DNA of 32,000 bases from Alistipes shahii WAL 8301 (GCF_025145845.1 NZ_CP102253.1:996495-1028494), one strand, 5' to 3'. Shown: positions 16,171 to 24,284, numbered from the stretch's first letter. Notes: generated by a model from the sequence alone, not told the origin. A program made the numbers and translations.

Positions 16171-16692
16171 ATGGAAACCATCCCCCTCTTCGGCCCTTAC
16201 GCGCTCCGGCGGCTCCGCACGGAGGACGCGCCGGACATCTTCGCCTCGATCGACACCCAACGCCGCTACCTGGGCCGCTGGCTCCCGTTCGTGGCCGACA
16301 CGCACCGGATCGAGCAGACCCGGCAGGTGGTGGCCGGAATGCTTGCCGACACGGCCAATCCGGTCTTCACGCTCCGCAGCGGCAACGCCTTTGCGGGACT
16401 GATCGGCTTCAAATCGGCCGACGCCGCCAGGCGCAGCGTCGAGATCGGCTACTGGCTGCGCGAGGAGCAGCAGGGCAAGGGAATCATGGCGGCCGCCGTG
16501 CGGACGCTCTGCGACCTTGCGTTCGGGGAGATGGGCATGCGGCGTGTCGAGATCCGCTGCGGCACGGGCAACCTCCCGAGCAACCGCATTCCGCAGCGTC
16601 TCGGCTTCCTCCGCAGCCATGTCGAGCTACAGGGCGAACAGCTCTCCGACGGAGAGTGGATCGACCTGAACGTCTACGTGCTGGAACGCTGA
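16171..16692 (+). CDS. GNAT family N-acetyltransferase, RimJ/RimL-like
   Basis: 173 aa from the ATG at 16171 (METIPLFGPYALRRLRTEDAPDIF...). The upstream in-frame extension contains the promoter, so I rejected it. The acetyl-CoA motif region is EIGYWLREEQQGKGIMAAAVRTLCDLAFGEMGMRRVEIRCGTGNLPSNRIPQRLGF. Confidence 0.85.
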   Translation: METIPLFGPYALRRLRTEDAPDIFASIDTQRRYLGRWLPFVADTHRIEQTRQVVAGMLADTANPVFTLRSGNAFAGLIGFKSADAARRSVEIGYWLREEQQGKGIMAAAVRTLCDLAFGEMGMRRVEIRCGTGNLPSNRIPQRLGFLRSHVELQGEQLSDGEWIDLNVYVLER

Positions 16693-16806
16693 AAACCAGA
16701 TGGCATCCGCCCCGGCGTCACCCGTAAATCCGGTCCGATCCGGCCCGATGCCCTACGCCGCGACCGGCCCGATGACGCCGTGCGCGGTTCATCCGGCGTC
16801 GCATCG

Positions 16807-16838
16807 AAAAAAGGAGACCTGCGGAGAGGCCTCCTTTT
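16807..16838. terminator. Bidirectional terminator between the convergent GNAT and AraC genes
   Basis: AAAAAA GGAGACC tgcggaga GGCCTCC TTTT. On the minus strand this is a 7-bp stem (one G-U) followed by T6. On the plus strand the stem has one A-C mismatch followed by T4. Confidence 0.5.
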
Positions 16839-16868
16839 CATCCTTTTCATCCGTGGCGGCCGGCGGCC

Positions 16869-17783
16869 CTATTTCTTCTTGATCGAGTTGATCAGCTGCG
16901 CGGGCGTCGCCTGAAGGTAATTCTTGCAGAAACGACTGAACTGCGTGTAGTGACGGAACCCGTACTTGTTCATCAGCGCCTTGGTGCTGTCCTCGCCGTC
17001 GCGGATGTCGGTGAAGACCTTCAGCGCCTTCTGGCGCATCATCCAGTGGTAAACGCTGTCGTTGAAATGCTCGGCGAAGCGGCGTTTGAAGACCGAGAGG
17101 CTCATGCCCGCCAGCGAAGCCAGCTCGGCGACGCCCTGTGCCTTGTCGTAATTGTTGCAGACGAAGACGCGGAAATTGTCCTGCGGCTGAATCATCGACT
17201 GAAAGAAGTAGGCATGTTCGGTCGGCGTGTAGAGCACCTTGATCATCATAAAAAGCTCGGTGGCCTTCATCCGGTGGTAGCGGACGCAGTTGAACATCTG
17301 GCGGATCGTAAAGAATGTGCTCAAAAGGCGTTCTATCGCCGGATGCATCGAAAGCATGGGGACCGATTCGGTCGGAACGACCGAGTCGTAGGGCATCACC
17401 TTGTCGAAAATGTCCTGCTCGCAGAATTCGATCCGATGGATGAGCGACAGCACGACCACATGCGTCTCGTCGTCCTGAGCCGTCACCACGAAGCGTTCGC
17501 TGCGGGCGAGACACACGCACTGTTTCGACGTAACCAGACGCACCGTGTCGTTTCCGTGTTCCAGCCTCAACGATCCCGACATCACGAAAAGGATGCGCAC
17601 CATGCGGTCTGCGGGGAACGTCACCCCTTCTCCGGCTGCAAACGTAAGCTGTGAAAACCGACAATAGGTCGAATCGCCGATGCGGCGGAACGGCGCCGGG
17701 AACGTAGGACAACTACTACAATCCGCAGAACAACTCTCCTTCAATGCCGACTCCTCAAACTGCGGTTGGGGTTGATAATCCAT
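16869..17783 (-). CDS. AraC family transcriptional regulator
   Basis: The ORF is trimmed to the ATG at 17781-17783 (MDYQPQPQFEES...), giving 304 aa. The C-terminal dual HTH is AELASLAGMSLSVFKRRFAEHF ... KYGFRHYTQFSRFCKNY. A promoter motif sits 36 nt upstream of this ATG. Confidence 0.88.
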   Translation of the reverse strand: MDYQPQPQFEESALKESCSADCSSCPTFPAPFRRIGDSTYCRFSQLTFAAGEGVTFPADRMVRILFVMSGSLRLEHGNDTVRLVTSKQCVCLARSERFVVTAQDDETHVVVLSLIHRIEFCEQDIFDKVMPYDSVVPTESVPMLSMHPAIERLLSTFFTIRQMFNCVRYHRMKATELFMMIKVLYTPTEHAYFFQSMIQPQDNFRVFVCNNYDKAQGVAELASLAGMSLSVFKRRFAEHFNDSVYHWMMRQKALKVFTDIRDGEDSTKALMNKYGFRHYTQFSRFCKNYLQATPAQLINSIKKK

Positions 17784-17818
17784 AAACTTATTTGATCTGT
17801 GTGACGTGATTTTACGAA

Positions 17819-17849
17819 CAAAAATACAAAAAAAATCAGGAAAAGCAAA
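17819..17849 (-). promoter_or_regulatory. Promoter of the AraC gene
   Basis: Minus strand reads TTTG (17846-17849), a 19-nt spacer, then TATTTTTG (17819-17826), a full consensus match. Confidence 0.6.
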
Positions 17850-17870
17850 CAAATCAGCTCCCGTGATGTC

Positions 17871-17901
17871 AAAAAAAGTCCCCGCCGCGACCGGCAGGGA
17901 C
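17871..17901 (-). terminator. Intrinsic terminator of the coiled-coil lipoprotein gene
   Basis: Minus strand reads GTCCCTGCCG gtcg CGGCGGGGAC TTTTTTT: a 10-bp stem (one G-U) plus T7, 33 nt past the stop at 17934. Confidence 0.8.
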
Positions 17902-17933
17902 CCTGAAAAGCGTTGTAACGACGGAAGAACCGC

Positions 17934-18806
17934 CTATTTGCAACTAATGATCAGAATTTTCGAAGACTCCCAGAACCGCACGGGATCAGTGATGATCAGT
18001 TTCTCGACGACCTTGTTCGCGTCGGTCACCAGTTCGTACGACCCCTCGGGATGCGAAGTGACGAGCGTCGCCTTCTTCTGTCCGACGAGGACCTCCGACA
18101 GCAGGCGCGAATCGGCCATCGTGAAGCTGTCGAAATTACTGTTCCGTCCGACGGTCAGCGTCCGTCCGATGAATCCCTGCTTGTTGATGATCTGCGCGTC
18201 GCGCAACTCCTTCTCGGCCCCCACGATGTAATAGACCGTGTTGAGCTGGTTCTGCAACTCGACCTTCTCGCCGCTCAGGTTCTCGACCTCGGCGCTGCGG
18301 ACGGCCACCTCCTCGGTCAGGCTCTTCACCTCGTCGCCCATCCGGACGAGGCTCTCGCGCAGCTGCTCCACCTCGGCCTTCTTCTCCGCCAGCTGCCTGT
18401 TCATGTCGGCGATCATCTTCTCCAGACCGTCGATACGCAGATTGGCCTTGCGCAGCTGGGCCGCCGAACGTTGCAGCGACTCGATCTTCGCGCGGTTCTC
18501 CCGCAGCAGCCGGTCGATGGCCTTGATGTCGTTGTCGATCTCCTCGACGGGACGGCGGCCTCCCTCCGACTCCCCGGCCACGGTGATCAGGTTCTCGCGC
18601 GACTTGATCAGCGCGAGGTTCTCCGAGATGGCGTTGATGTCCGCGAACACGGCATTGATCAGCGAGTCCTTCGCGCTGACGACCAACTCCAGCGAATCGC
18701 TCCGGCTCTCGGCCTCGACGGCAACCTGCCTGCTCACGCAGGAGGCAAGGAGTGCAACGACGCCCAGCGCCGCGGCGGTTGCTATATGCTTCATCTTGTT
18801 TTTCAT
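17934..18806 (-). CDS. Coiled-coil lipoprotein of unknown function
   Basis: 290 aa with a signal peptide and lipobox (VVALLASC). The centre has ~150 aa of heptad-rich, E/K/R/L-rich sequence, followed by a globular C-terminal domain. From memory it may belong to the Bacteroidales family annotated as Cbp1-type adhesins; unverified. Confidence 0.75.
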   Translation of the reverse strand: MKNKMKHIATAAALGVVALLASCVSRQVAVEAESRSDSLELVVSAKDSLINAVFADINAISENLALIKSRENLITVAGESEGGRRPVEEIDNDIKAIDRLLRENRAKIESLQRSAAQLRKANLRIDGLEKMIADMNRQLAEKKAEVEQLRESLVRMGDEVKSLTEEVAVRSAEVENLSGEKVELQNQLNTVYYIVGAEKELRDAQIINKQGFIGRTLTVGRNSNFDSFTMADSRLLSEVLVGQKKATLVTSHPEGSYELVTDANKVVEKLIITDPVRFWESSKILIISCK

Positions 18807-18851
18807 GGCTCCGACTCTTTAAGGGTTTACGGTCTTGTTTGCCTTCAGGCG

Positions 18852-18859
18852 CAAATATA
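18852..18859 (-). promoter_or_regulatory. -7 box candidate for the lipoprotein gene
   Basis: Minus strand reads TATATTTG, 45 nt upstream of the ATG at 18806. I found no good -33 TTTG. Confidence 0.35.
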
Positions 18860-18922
18860 TGCATAAAAATAAAATCTTGTACGGATTTTTTCACAAAGGC
18901 CGGAAATTCCCTGCGGGGAATG

Positions 18923-18959
18923 AAAAACAACGGGCCGCAACCCTCGGTTGCAGCCCGTT
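18923..18959 (-). terminator. Intrinsic terminator of rpmE
   Basis: Minus strand reads AACGGGCTGCAACC gag GGTTGCGGCCCGTT followed by GTTTTT: a 14-bp stem with one mismatch, 24 nt past the stop. Confidence 0.75.
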
Positions 18960-18982
18960 ATTTCGTAAATGCGCAAGCAGTT

Positions 18983-19249
18983 TTACTTCGCATTCTTCTT
19001 ATCGTAGCGTTTTGCGTAACGGCTCATAAACTTATCGACGCGACCAGCGGTGTCAACCAACTTCATCTTACCGGTGTAGAACGGGTGCGAGGTGTTGGAA
19101 ATTTCCATCTTATACACGGGATAGGTTTCGCCGTTCACTTCGATGGTCTCTTTTGTCGAAACGGCGGACCGACACAAAAACACGACGTCGTTGGACATGT
19201 CCTTGAACGCCACCAAACGATAATTCTCCGGATGAATACCCTTTTTCAT
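18983..19249 (-). CDS. rpmE: 50S ribosomal protein L31, type B (zinc-independent form)
   Basis: 88 aa, MKKGIHPENY...HPFYTGK. It has a single Cys and no CxxC pairs, hence type B. Confidence 0.93.
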   Translation of the reverse strand: MKKGIHPENYRLVAFKDMSNDVVFLCRSAVSTKETIEVNGETYPVYKMEISNTSHPFYTGKMKLVDTAGRVDKFMSRYAKRYDKKNAK

Positions 19250-19286
19250 TTCGTTGTTTTTGTTTTTAATTAATGCTTAAGCGCGA

Positions 19287-19317
19287 CAAAGGTACGAATT
19301 AATTCGCAACAAACAAG
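19287..19317 (-). promoter_or_regulatory. Promoter of rpmE
   Basis: Minus strand reads CTTG (19314-19317), a 19-nt spacer, then TACCTTTG (19287-19294). Confidence 0.5.
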
Positions 19318-19355
19318 CCCGCGTGCAAATTTTTTCGCACCCGGAGCACCTCGGG

Positions 19356-19387
19356 GTTGCGCAATCTGAATACTTTTTCTATCTTTG
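19356..19387 (+). promoter_or_regulatory. Promoter of the solitary tRNA(CAT)
   Basis: GTTG (19356-19359), a 20-nt spacer, then TATCTTTG (19380-19387), 30 nt upstream of the tRNA 5' end. The leader contains the palindrome GCGCCCCGGGGCGC (19398-19411). Confidence 0.55.
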
Positions 19388-19417
19388 CGCCACGAAAGCG
19401 CCCCGGGGCGCAGGACC

Positions 19418-19491
19418 GGGCCCATAGCTCAGTTGGTCAGAGCAGCGGACTCATAATCCGAAGGTCGTGGGATCATGCCCCTCTGGGCCCA
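19418..19491 (+). tRNA. tRNA with CAT anticodon (elongator Met, or Ile2 if lysidine-modified); atypical T arm
   Basis: GGGCCCA TA GCTC AGTTGGTCA GAGC A GCGGA CTCATAA TCCGA AGGTC GTGGG ATCATGC CCCTC TGGGCCC A. It is not an initiator: pair 1-72 is intact and there is no GGG/CCC anticodon stem. Confidence 0.75.
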
Positions 19492-19494
19492 CAG

Positions 19495-19529
19495 AAAAAG
19501 AGGTTACGAATTGCCGTAACCTCTTTTTT
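19495..19529. terminator. Bidirectional intrinsic terminator (ends the tRNA(CAT) transcript and the convergent SusC/SusD operon)
   Basis: AAAAA GAGGTTACG aattgc CGTAACCTC TTTTTT: a perfect 9-bp stem flanked by A5 and T6. It lies between the tRNA end (19491) and the stop at 19550. Confidence 0.85.
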
Positions 19530-19549
19530 CGCACTCTTCGGGAGCGGCG

Positions 19550-20401
19550 TTATTCCAGCTTCGCCGCGTCGGAGGCCAGCTTTTCGTAGATGGCGACCAT
19601 TTCGCCGAACGATCCCTCGCCGCGTTTCAGCTCGTACATGAAGACGCCCTTGTAACCGGCCTTCATCAGCGCCCCGTACAGCGCGGGCCAGTCGATCTTG
19701 CCCTTGCCCGGAAGCCAGTGACGTTCATCGACCATGTCGTAATCCGAGACATGGACGGTCGCAATCCGGTCGCCGCACGCCTCGACGAAGTGCAGCAGGT
19801 CCTCCGAAAGCAGGTGGTTCGTGTCGAAACAGATTTTCACCTCGGGATAAGGGGCGATGATGCGCAGCAGCTCGGCCGAGTTCCGCCCGAGGCACGTGCG
19901 GGGCAGATCCTCGATGCACAGCTGCGCGCCGATCCGCGCCGCCTCCCTGCGCAATATGCCGATCGAAGCGATGCTGTTCCGGATACGCTGCTCGCGCTCC
20001 CCGTCCGCAATCGGTTCGGAACTGGGATGCAGCACCAGTTTCTCCGGTCCCACTTCGCCGCAGATCGCGATCATTTCGGTCAGGAATTCGAGGTTGGCCA
20101 TGCGGGCGCTGTCGTTCAGCACCGAGATGTCCAGCTTGCGGGAGAACGGGAGGTGGCACGACCAGACCTTCAGACCGGCCTCGTCGGCCATGCGTTTGGC
20201 GTGCAGCGCCTTCTCGCGGATTTCAGCCACGGTCCCGCGGCCGCTGATGCCGATTTCGACATACTCCACGCCGGCCTTCGCGGCGGCGGCCATCTCCTCG
20301 GGGCTCATGCTGCTGGTCGAGCTTCCGACGCCGAGACACTGGGCCGTCAGGTTGGCGGCGCACACCAGCGCCGCTGCCGTAAACAGAATTCTTTTTTTCA
20401 T
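19550..20401 (-). CDS. Exported xylose-isomerase-like TIM-barrel protein (family annotated as sugar phosphate isomerase/epimerase)
   Basis: 283 aa with N-terminal signal peptide MKKRILFTAAALVCAANLTAQ. The body has the alternating strand/helix pattern and acidic/His strand ends typical of this fold (LVLHPSSE, CIEDLP, FDTNHL, VHVSDYD). The family call is from memory of the fold's motifs. Confidence 0.7.
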   Translation of the reverse strand: MKKRILFTAAALVCAANLTAQCLGVGSSTSSMSPEEMAAAAKAGVEYVEIGISGRGTVAEIREKALHAKRMADEAGLKVWSCHLPFSRKLDISVLNDSARMANLEFLTEMIAICGEVGPEKLVLHPSSEPIADGEREQRIRNSIASIGILRREAARIGAQLCIEDLPRTCLGRNSAELLRIIAPYPEVKICFDTNHLLSEDLLHFVEACGDRIATVHVSDYDMVDERHWLPGKGKIDWPALYGALMKAGYKGVFMYELKRGEGSFGEMVAIYEKLASDAAKLE

Positions 20402-20410
20402 CGCTTCCGG

Positions 20411-21706
20411 TTATTTGGTGTAGTTTTTCACGCAGCGGACGTTCAGATAAATATCCTTGGCCGCCTCCTGATTGGTCTTGGTCTGAAGGTTCAGACTCGT
20501 ACCGCTGATGACCAGCGAACGGGCCGTCGAGGCGTTGGTCTGCCCGATGAACCACACGTAGCCCCATTTGCCCAGCGCGCCGCTGTTGAAACTGCCGTCG
20601 GCCTTCTGATAGCCCAGCGGATACCAGCCGAAACCGATGCTTTCGGCCCCGTCGACGAATTGCAGGAGGGGTTCCCCGGCGTCCGTGAGCGTCATATTCG
20701 CCTGATTCCAAATACCGCCGTCAACGATACGGCCGTTGCCGCCGCGCAGCCATGCGCCGACGTTGCCCGTATTCTTGACCGTGCAGCCCGACTTGTAGAA
20801 TCCGGCCTTCGTAATGGCATTCTCGGGTTTCCCGTCGTGGCCGCCGGAGAAGGTGTATCCGCCCTGCGCGAAATCGTCGGGAATGGCATACTCGCTTTTG
20901 ATAGCCATCAGCATGTCCCACCAGTCGTTGGCGTTGGCCACGTGCCAGCCTTCGGGACAGCAGCCGCGTATCTGGACGCCGAACTCGCCCTCCTCCGTAC
21001 CGTCGAGTTTGAAGGCGTTGCCCACGTCGTCCACCCCTTCGTAATTCTGCACATAGGGACACTGCTCCGCCGTACAGCCCGATATGCCGGTCATCGCCTC
21101 ATACCAGGTGTAGTAACGGCCCTTTGCGTCGTTCAACCGCTGCAAATGCGACGCCTCCAACCCCGCAACCGAGAAAGCCGTCAGGTCGGGCGCAACGCCC
21201 AGGTTGCCGTCCTCGCCCGCTTCGTGGCAGTTCTCGGTCATCCACCAGCGTTTGCCGTACTTCTTGATCGTATAGCCCGGCAGCTCGATGGGGACCGACA
21301 CGGTGATCGCCGCGAAATACTCGCGCACCTTGCTCGCGCCCAGTTCGTTTTTGGCCACCACCGACACCGACTGGGCGGGAATCACCACGTCGTCGTTGAC
21401 CACCCTGACGGTGATGACGTTGGTTCCCTGACCGTCGATGATCGAGATTTTCGACTTCTCCTGCTCGGCGATCGTCCATTCGTAGGTCTCGGCCCACTGA
21501 ACCTTCGAAACCGAGAAGGTGAACTCTTCGCCGCCGTTGCAGGTGAGCGTTGCCGGCACCTTCGTGATCGGCCCGGGTTTCTTGGGAACGGTCATCTCCT
21601 GGATCTCCTCCTCGGTGTCGCGTTTCACGGCCTCGGTGCAGGCGACCAGCGCCGCAGCGGCGGTCATGCATGCCGCGGCCATCATGTATTTTCGGATGTT
21701 TTTCAT
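20411..21706 (-). CDS. Lipoprotein with an Ig-like N-terminal domain and a FISUMP (Fibrobacter succinogenes major paralogous, TIGR02145-type) domain
   Basis: 431 aa with lipobox AALVAC. The FISUMP pattern is KKYGKRWWMTENC, RYYTWYEAM, CPEGWHVANANDWWDM, GFGWYPLGYQ, WGYVWF and the terminal NVRCVKN. Confidence 0.75.
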   Translation of the reverse strand: MKNIRKYMMAAACMTAAAALVACTEAVKRDTEEEIQEMTVPKKPGPITKVPATLTCNGGEEFTFSVSKVQWAETYEWTIAEQEKSKISIIDGQGTNVITVRVVNDDVVIPAQSVSVVAKNELGASKVREYFAAITVSVPIELPGYTIKKYGKRWWMTENCHEAGEDGNLGVAPDLTAFSVAGLEASHLQRLNDAKGRYYTWYEAMTGISGCTAEQCPYVQNYEGVDDVGNAFKLDGTEEGEFGVQIRGCCPEGWHVANANDWWDMLMAIKSEYAIPDDFAQGGYTFSGGHDGKPENAITKAGFYKSGCTVKNTGNVGAWLRGGNGRIVDGGIWNQANMTLTDAGEPLLQFVDGAESIGFGWYPLGYQKADGSFNSGALGKWGYVWFIGQTNASTARSLVISGTSLNLQTKTNQEAAKDIYLNVRCVKNYTK

Positions 21707-21725
21707 CGTTTTTGCATTTTAAGTT

Positions 21726-22718
21726 TTACAAAGTGTGAACCTCGGGATACCCGAACGGATTCTCCACATACCAGCGGGCCTTGTAAATCTGGTAGCCCGC
21801 GCGGTTGAACAGCCGGTTGCCCTTCATGTCGCACACCTCGGCCGACCACCAGTTGCTCCCGCCCGACGTGGGGCGCATGACGATCGTGGAATACCCCTCC
21901 GGCCCCGTCGAAATGCTCTTGATGGTGTTCTGCTGGAAGATCTCCACGTCGAGGAACTTCTCCGCCGCACAGTCGAACTTGTAGACATGCTGATTCGTCG
22001 ATACATACATCGCATCCTCCCCGCAGACGGGCGCCAGGTCGTGGGCATCGGTATTCCCCGCCGCCATATCGTAAGAGCGCACCTGCGTCAGTTCCGGAGC
22101 CGTACGCTTCCCGTTGTAGGCGAGCTTGAGCAGCTGGGCGCCCGTCGCCGTCCAGAGGCAGCCGCGCTTCCGGTCCCAGACCACGTTGTGGGCCGAATGG
22201 ACCGGCATGGTGAAGGCGGGTCTGGAAACGTAGCTGTCGGCGCCATTGTATACGTAGACGCTCAACAGGTTGCCCGTGCTCGACGCCACGACGACATTCC
22301 CGTCGGGCAGCACCTCGGCCGAGTGGGGGTTTCCGCCCGGCTTGGCGTAGAACATCGCCTTCTTGTCCGCAATGCGGATCAGCGCCACGCCGCCGCCCGA
22401 AGCCGTGACGAGCACGCACGTACGGTTGTAGACCGGTTTGGCCTCGTCGGGCAGATCGAACCACGCCTGTTCCGCAGCCGAAAGCCCGCTGTCGGCGGCC
22501 GTCCACTCCCAGGCGACCTTTCCCGTCGGCTGGTCGATCATCACGATCCGGTTCTTGGCCTGCTCGGTCAGAATCATCACCTTCGTGGCCTTGTCCAGGT
22601 CGATCGTCTCCTCCTTGTCGTCGCCCGGCCGCCAGGGAACGTAAGGTCCCTCCTCCTCGTCTTTGCTGCAAGCCTGAAGGAGGAATGCGGCAGCCAGTAT
22701 CCACAGATATTTTTTCAT
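21726..22718 (-). CDS. Exported lipoprotein of unknown function (possibly beta-propeller fold)
   Basis: 330 aa with lipobox AFLLQAC. It has repeated short-strand / G-D-N turn segments (HSAEVLPDGNVVVASSTGNLLSVY, HNVVWDRKRGCLWTATGAQLLKL, AHDLAPVCGEDAMYVSTNQHVYKF). I recognise no catalytic motif. Confidence 0.65.
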   Translation of the reverse strand: MKKYLWILAAAFLLQACSKDEEEGPYVPWRPGDDKEETIDLDKATKVMILTEQAKNRIVMIDQPTGKVAWEWTAADSGLSAAEQAWFDLPDEAKPVYNRTCVLVTASGGGVALIRIADKKAMFYAKPGGNPHSAEVLPDGNVVVASSTGNLLSVYVYNGADSYVSRPAFTMPVHSAHNVVWDRKRGCLWTATGAQLLKLAYNGKRTAPELTQVRSYDMAAGNTDAHDLAPVCGEDAMYVSTNQHVYKFDCAAEKFLDVEIFQQNTIKSISTGPEGYSTIVMRPTSGGSNWWSAEVCDMKGNRLFNRAGYQIYKARWYVENPFGYPEVHTL

Positions 22719-22742
22719 AATTGCCAGTTAGCGGTTGTCGGA

Positions 22743-24284
22743 TTAATAATTGGGATTCTGTTCGAGTTTCTTGTTCAGCAGGATCTGGTCCGCCGGAACG
22801 GGCCACCAGTAGTCGCGGTCGGGGTCGAACGCCCGGACGGCGATGTCCGTGCCCGCATAGTCCTGAATCACGGCGTTCATCACCAGCTCGGCGGTCATCC
22901 AGCGGCGGATGTCGTTATAATAAAGCCCCTCGCCGGCGAATTCGACGCGGCGCTCGTGGCGGATGATCTCGCGCATTTCGGACTGGCTCTTCGAACCGTA
23001 GGCATAGGTGGGCATGCCGACGCGGCCGCGCACGCGGTTCACGGCGTCGTAAACGGCATCGGAGGGCGTGGCGTCGACCTCGTTCTGCGCCTCGGCGAAC
23101 ATCAGCAGCACGTCGGCGTAGCGGATGAACATGTAGTTGGTCTCGCCGTTGCTGTCGTCCGAATCGCGCTTCTGCGCGTCGTAGATCGTGAGTTTCCGGT
23201 GTGCGAAGCCCGTGAACTGGCACACCTCCCCGGCCGGGCAGTTGGCCTTGCCGAGGAACGTGCTCCCGGGATAGAAATTCGTCGCCGCGAAACGCGGGTC
23301 GAGGTTGTCGTACTTGCCCATCGTGGCCGCACCGTCGGTCGTCGTCCGGTAGTCCATCACCAGATCGAGCAGCGGTGCGTTGTTGCGGTACTGGACGCTG
23401 TAAACGTTGAACGAATTGACGGCCGTGTTCTTGGTCTTCGAGAATTCGATGTTGAAGACGCACTCGCAGCTGTGCTCGTTCGCCGGCAGGAAGAGTTTCC
23501 GGTAGTCGCCGAACAGGTCGTAGCCCGCCTGGGCCTCCTTCTCGATCACGGCTTTGGCCGCATCGGCCGCAGCCTGCCATTTCGCGGCGTCGTTCGAGGG
23601 GTTGACCAGCTTGCTGGCCTCGAAAAGCAGCAGACGGGCCTTGAGGGCCATCGCCGCGCCGCGCGTGGCGCGCCCCTGGTCGGCGGCTTTGGTCCACTGC
23701 CAGTCGAGCAGTTCGCGGTCGATGATGTCGTTCAGATCGTCGAGAATCGCCCGCACCACCTCCTCGCGCGAGGCGCGGGGCAGCGAACCGTGCGCATAGA
23801 CAGGCTCTTCGAGGATCAGCGGCACGCCGTTGTAATAGGTCACCAGCATGTAGTAATAGAGCGCGCGGAGGAACTTGGCCTCGCCCTCCATCTGCACCCT
23901 GCGGTCGTCGGCCACGACGGCGGCAGGCAGGCGGTTGAGATGGGTGTTGCAGCGTCCGATGCCCTCGTAGCACTTTTTCCAGCGGTTGGCGATGATGCCC
24001 GAGCTGTTGGCCGTGTGGGTCCCCTGGGCGATGACATTGTATCCGCCCGCGTTGTTGTAATTATAGGCGTTGGGCGTGCAGGTCTCTTCGAGCAGCGGCG
24101 CCGAGTCTCCGAACAGCGCGCTGTTGGTCAGTATGTTGTAACAGCCGGTCATGGCGGCCTCGGTTCCTTCTTCGGTTTCCCAGAACGTCTCGACCGTATA
24201 TTTGTCGGTGGGAATGGTGTCGAGGTTACAGGAGGCCAGCGCCGCCGCACCGCAAAGCATCAATCCGATTACTGTTTTTTTCAT
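22743..24284 (-). CDS. SusD/RagB family nutrient-binding outer-membrane lipoprotein
   Basis: 513 aa with lipobox AALASC. It lies 21 nt downstream of the SusC-like gene. It has TPR-like SusD sequence character (CYEGIGRCNTHLNRLP, FLRALYYYMLVTYYNGVPL) and ends ...WWPVPADQILLNKKLEQNPNY. Confidence 0.92.
   Translation of the reverse strand: MKKTVIGLMLCGAAALASCNLDTIPTDKYTVETFWETEEGTEAAMTGCYNILTNSALFGDSAPLLEETCTPNAYNYNNAGGYNVIAQGTHTANSSGIIANRWKKCYEGIGRCNTHLNRLPAAVVADDRRVQMEGEAKFLRALYYYMLVTYYNGVPLILEEPVYAHGSLPRASREEVVRAILDDLNDIIDRELLDWQWTKAADQGRATRGAAMALKARLLLFEASKLVNPSNDAAKWQAAADAAKAVIEKEAQAGYDLFGDYRKLFLPANEHSCECVFNIEFSKTKNTAVNSFNVYSVQYRNNAPLLDLVMDYRTTTDGAATMGKYDNLDPRFAATNFYPGSTFLGKANCPAGEVCQFTGFAHRKLTIYDAQKRDSDDSNGETNYMFIRYADVLLMFAEAQNEVDATPSDAVYDAVNRVRGRVGMPTYAYGSKSQSEMREIIRHERRVEFAGEGLYYNDIRRWMTAELVMNAVIQDYAGTDIAVRAFDPDRDYWWPVPADQILLNKKLEQNPNY

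Noticed and set aside
16789-17712. 307-aa minus-strand ORF overlapping the AraC gene in another frame (also 18136-18930 over the lipoprotein gene and 22915-23973 over susD)
   Set aside because: The translations are Arg/Gly/Pro-rich, typical of off-frame reading of GC-rich genes. The overlapping frames carry clear family motifs.
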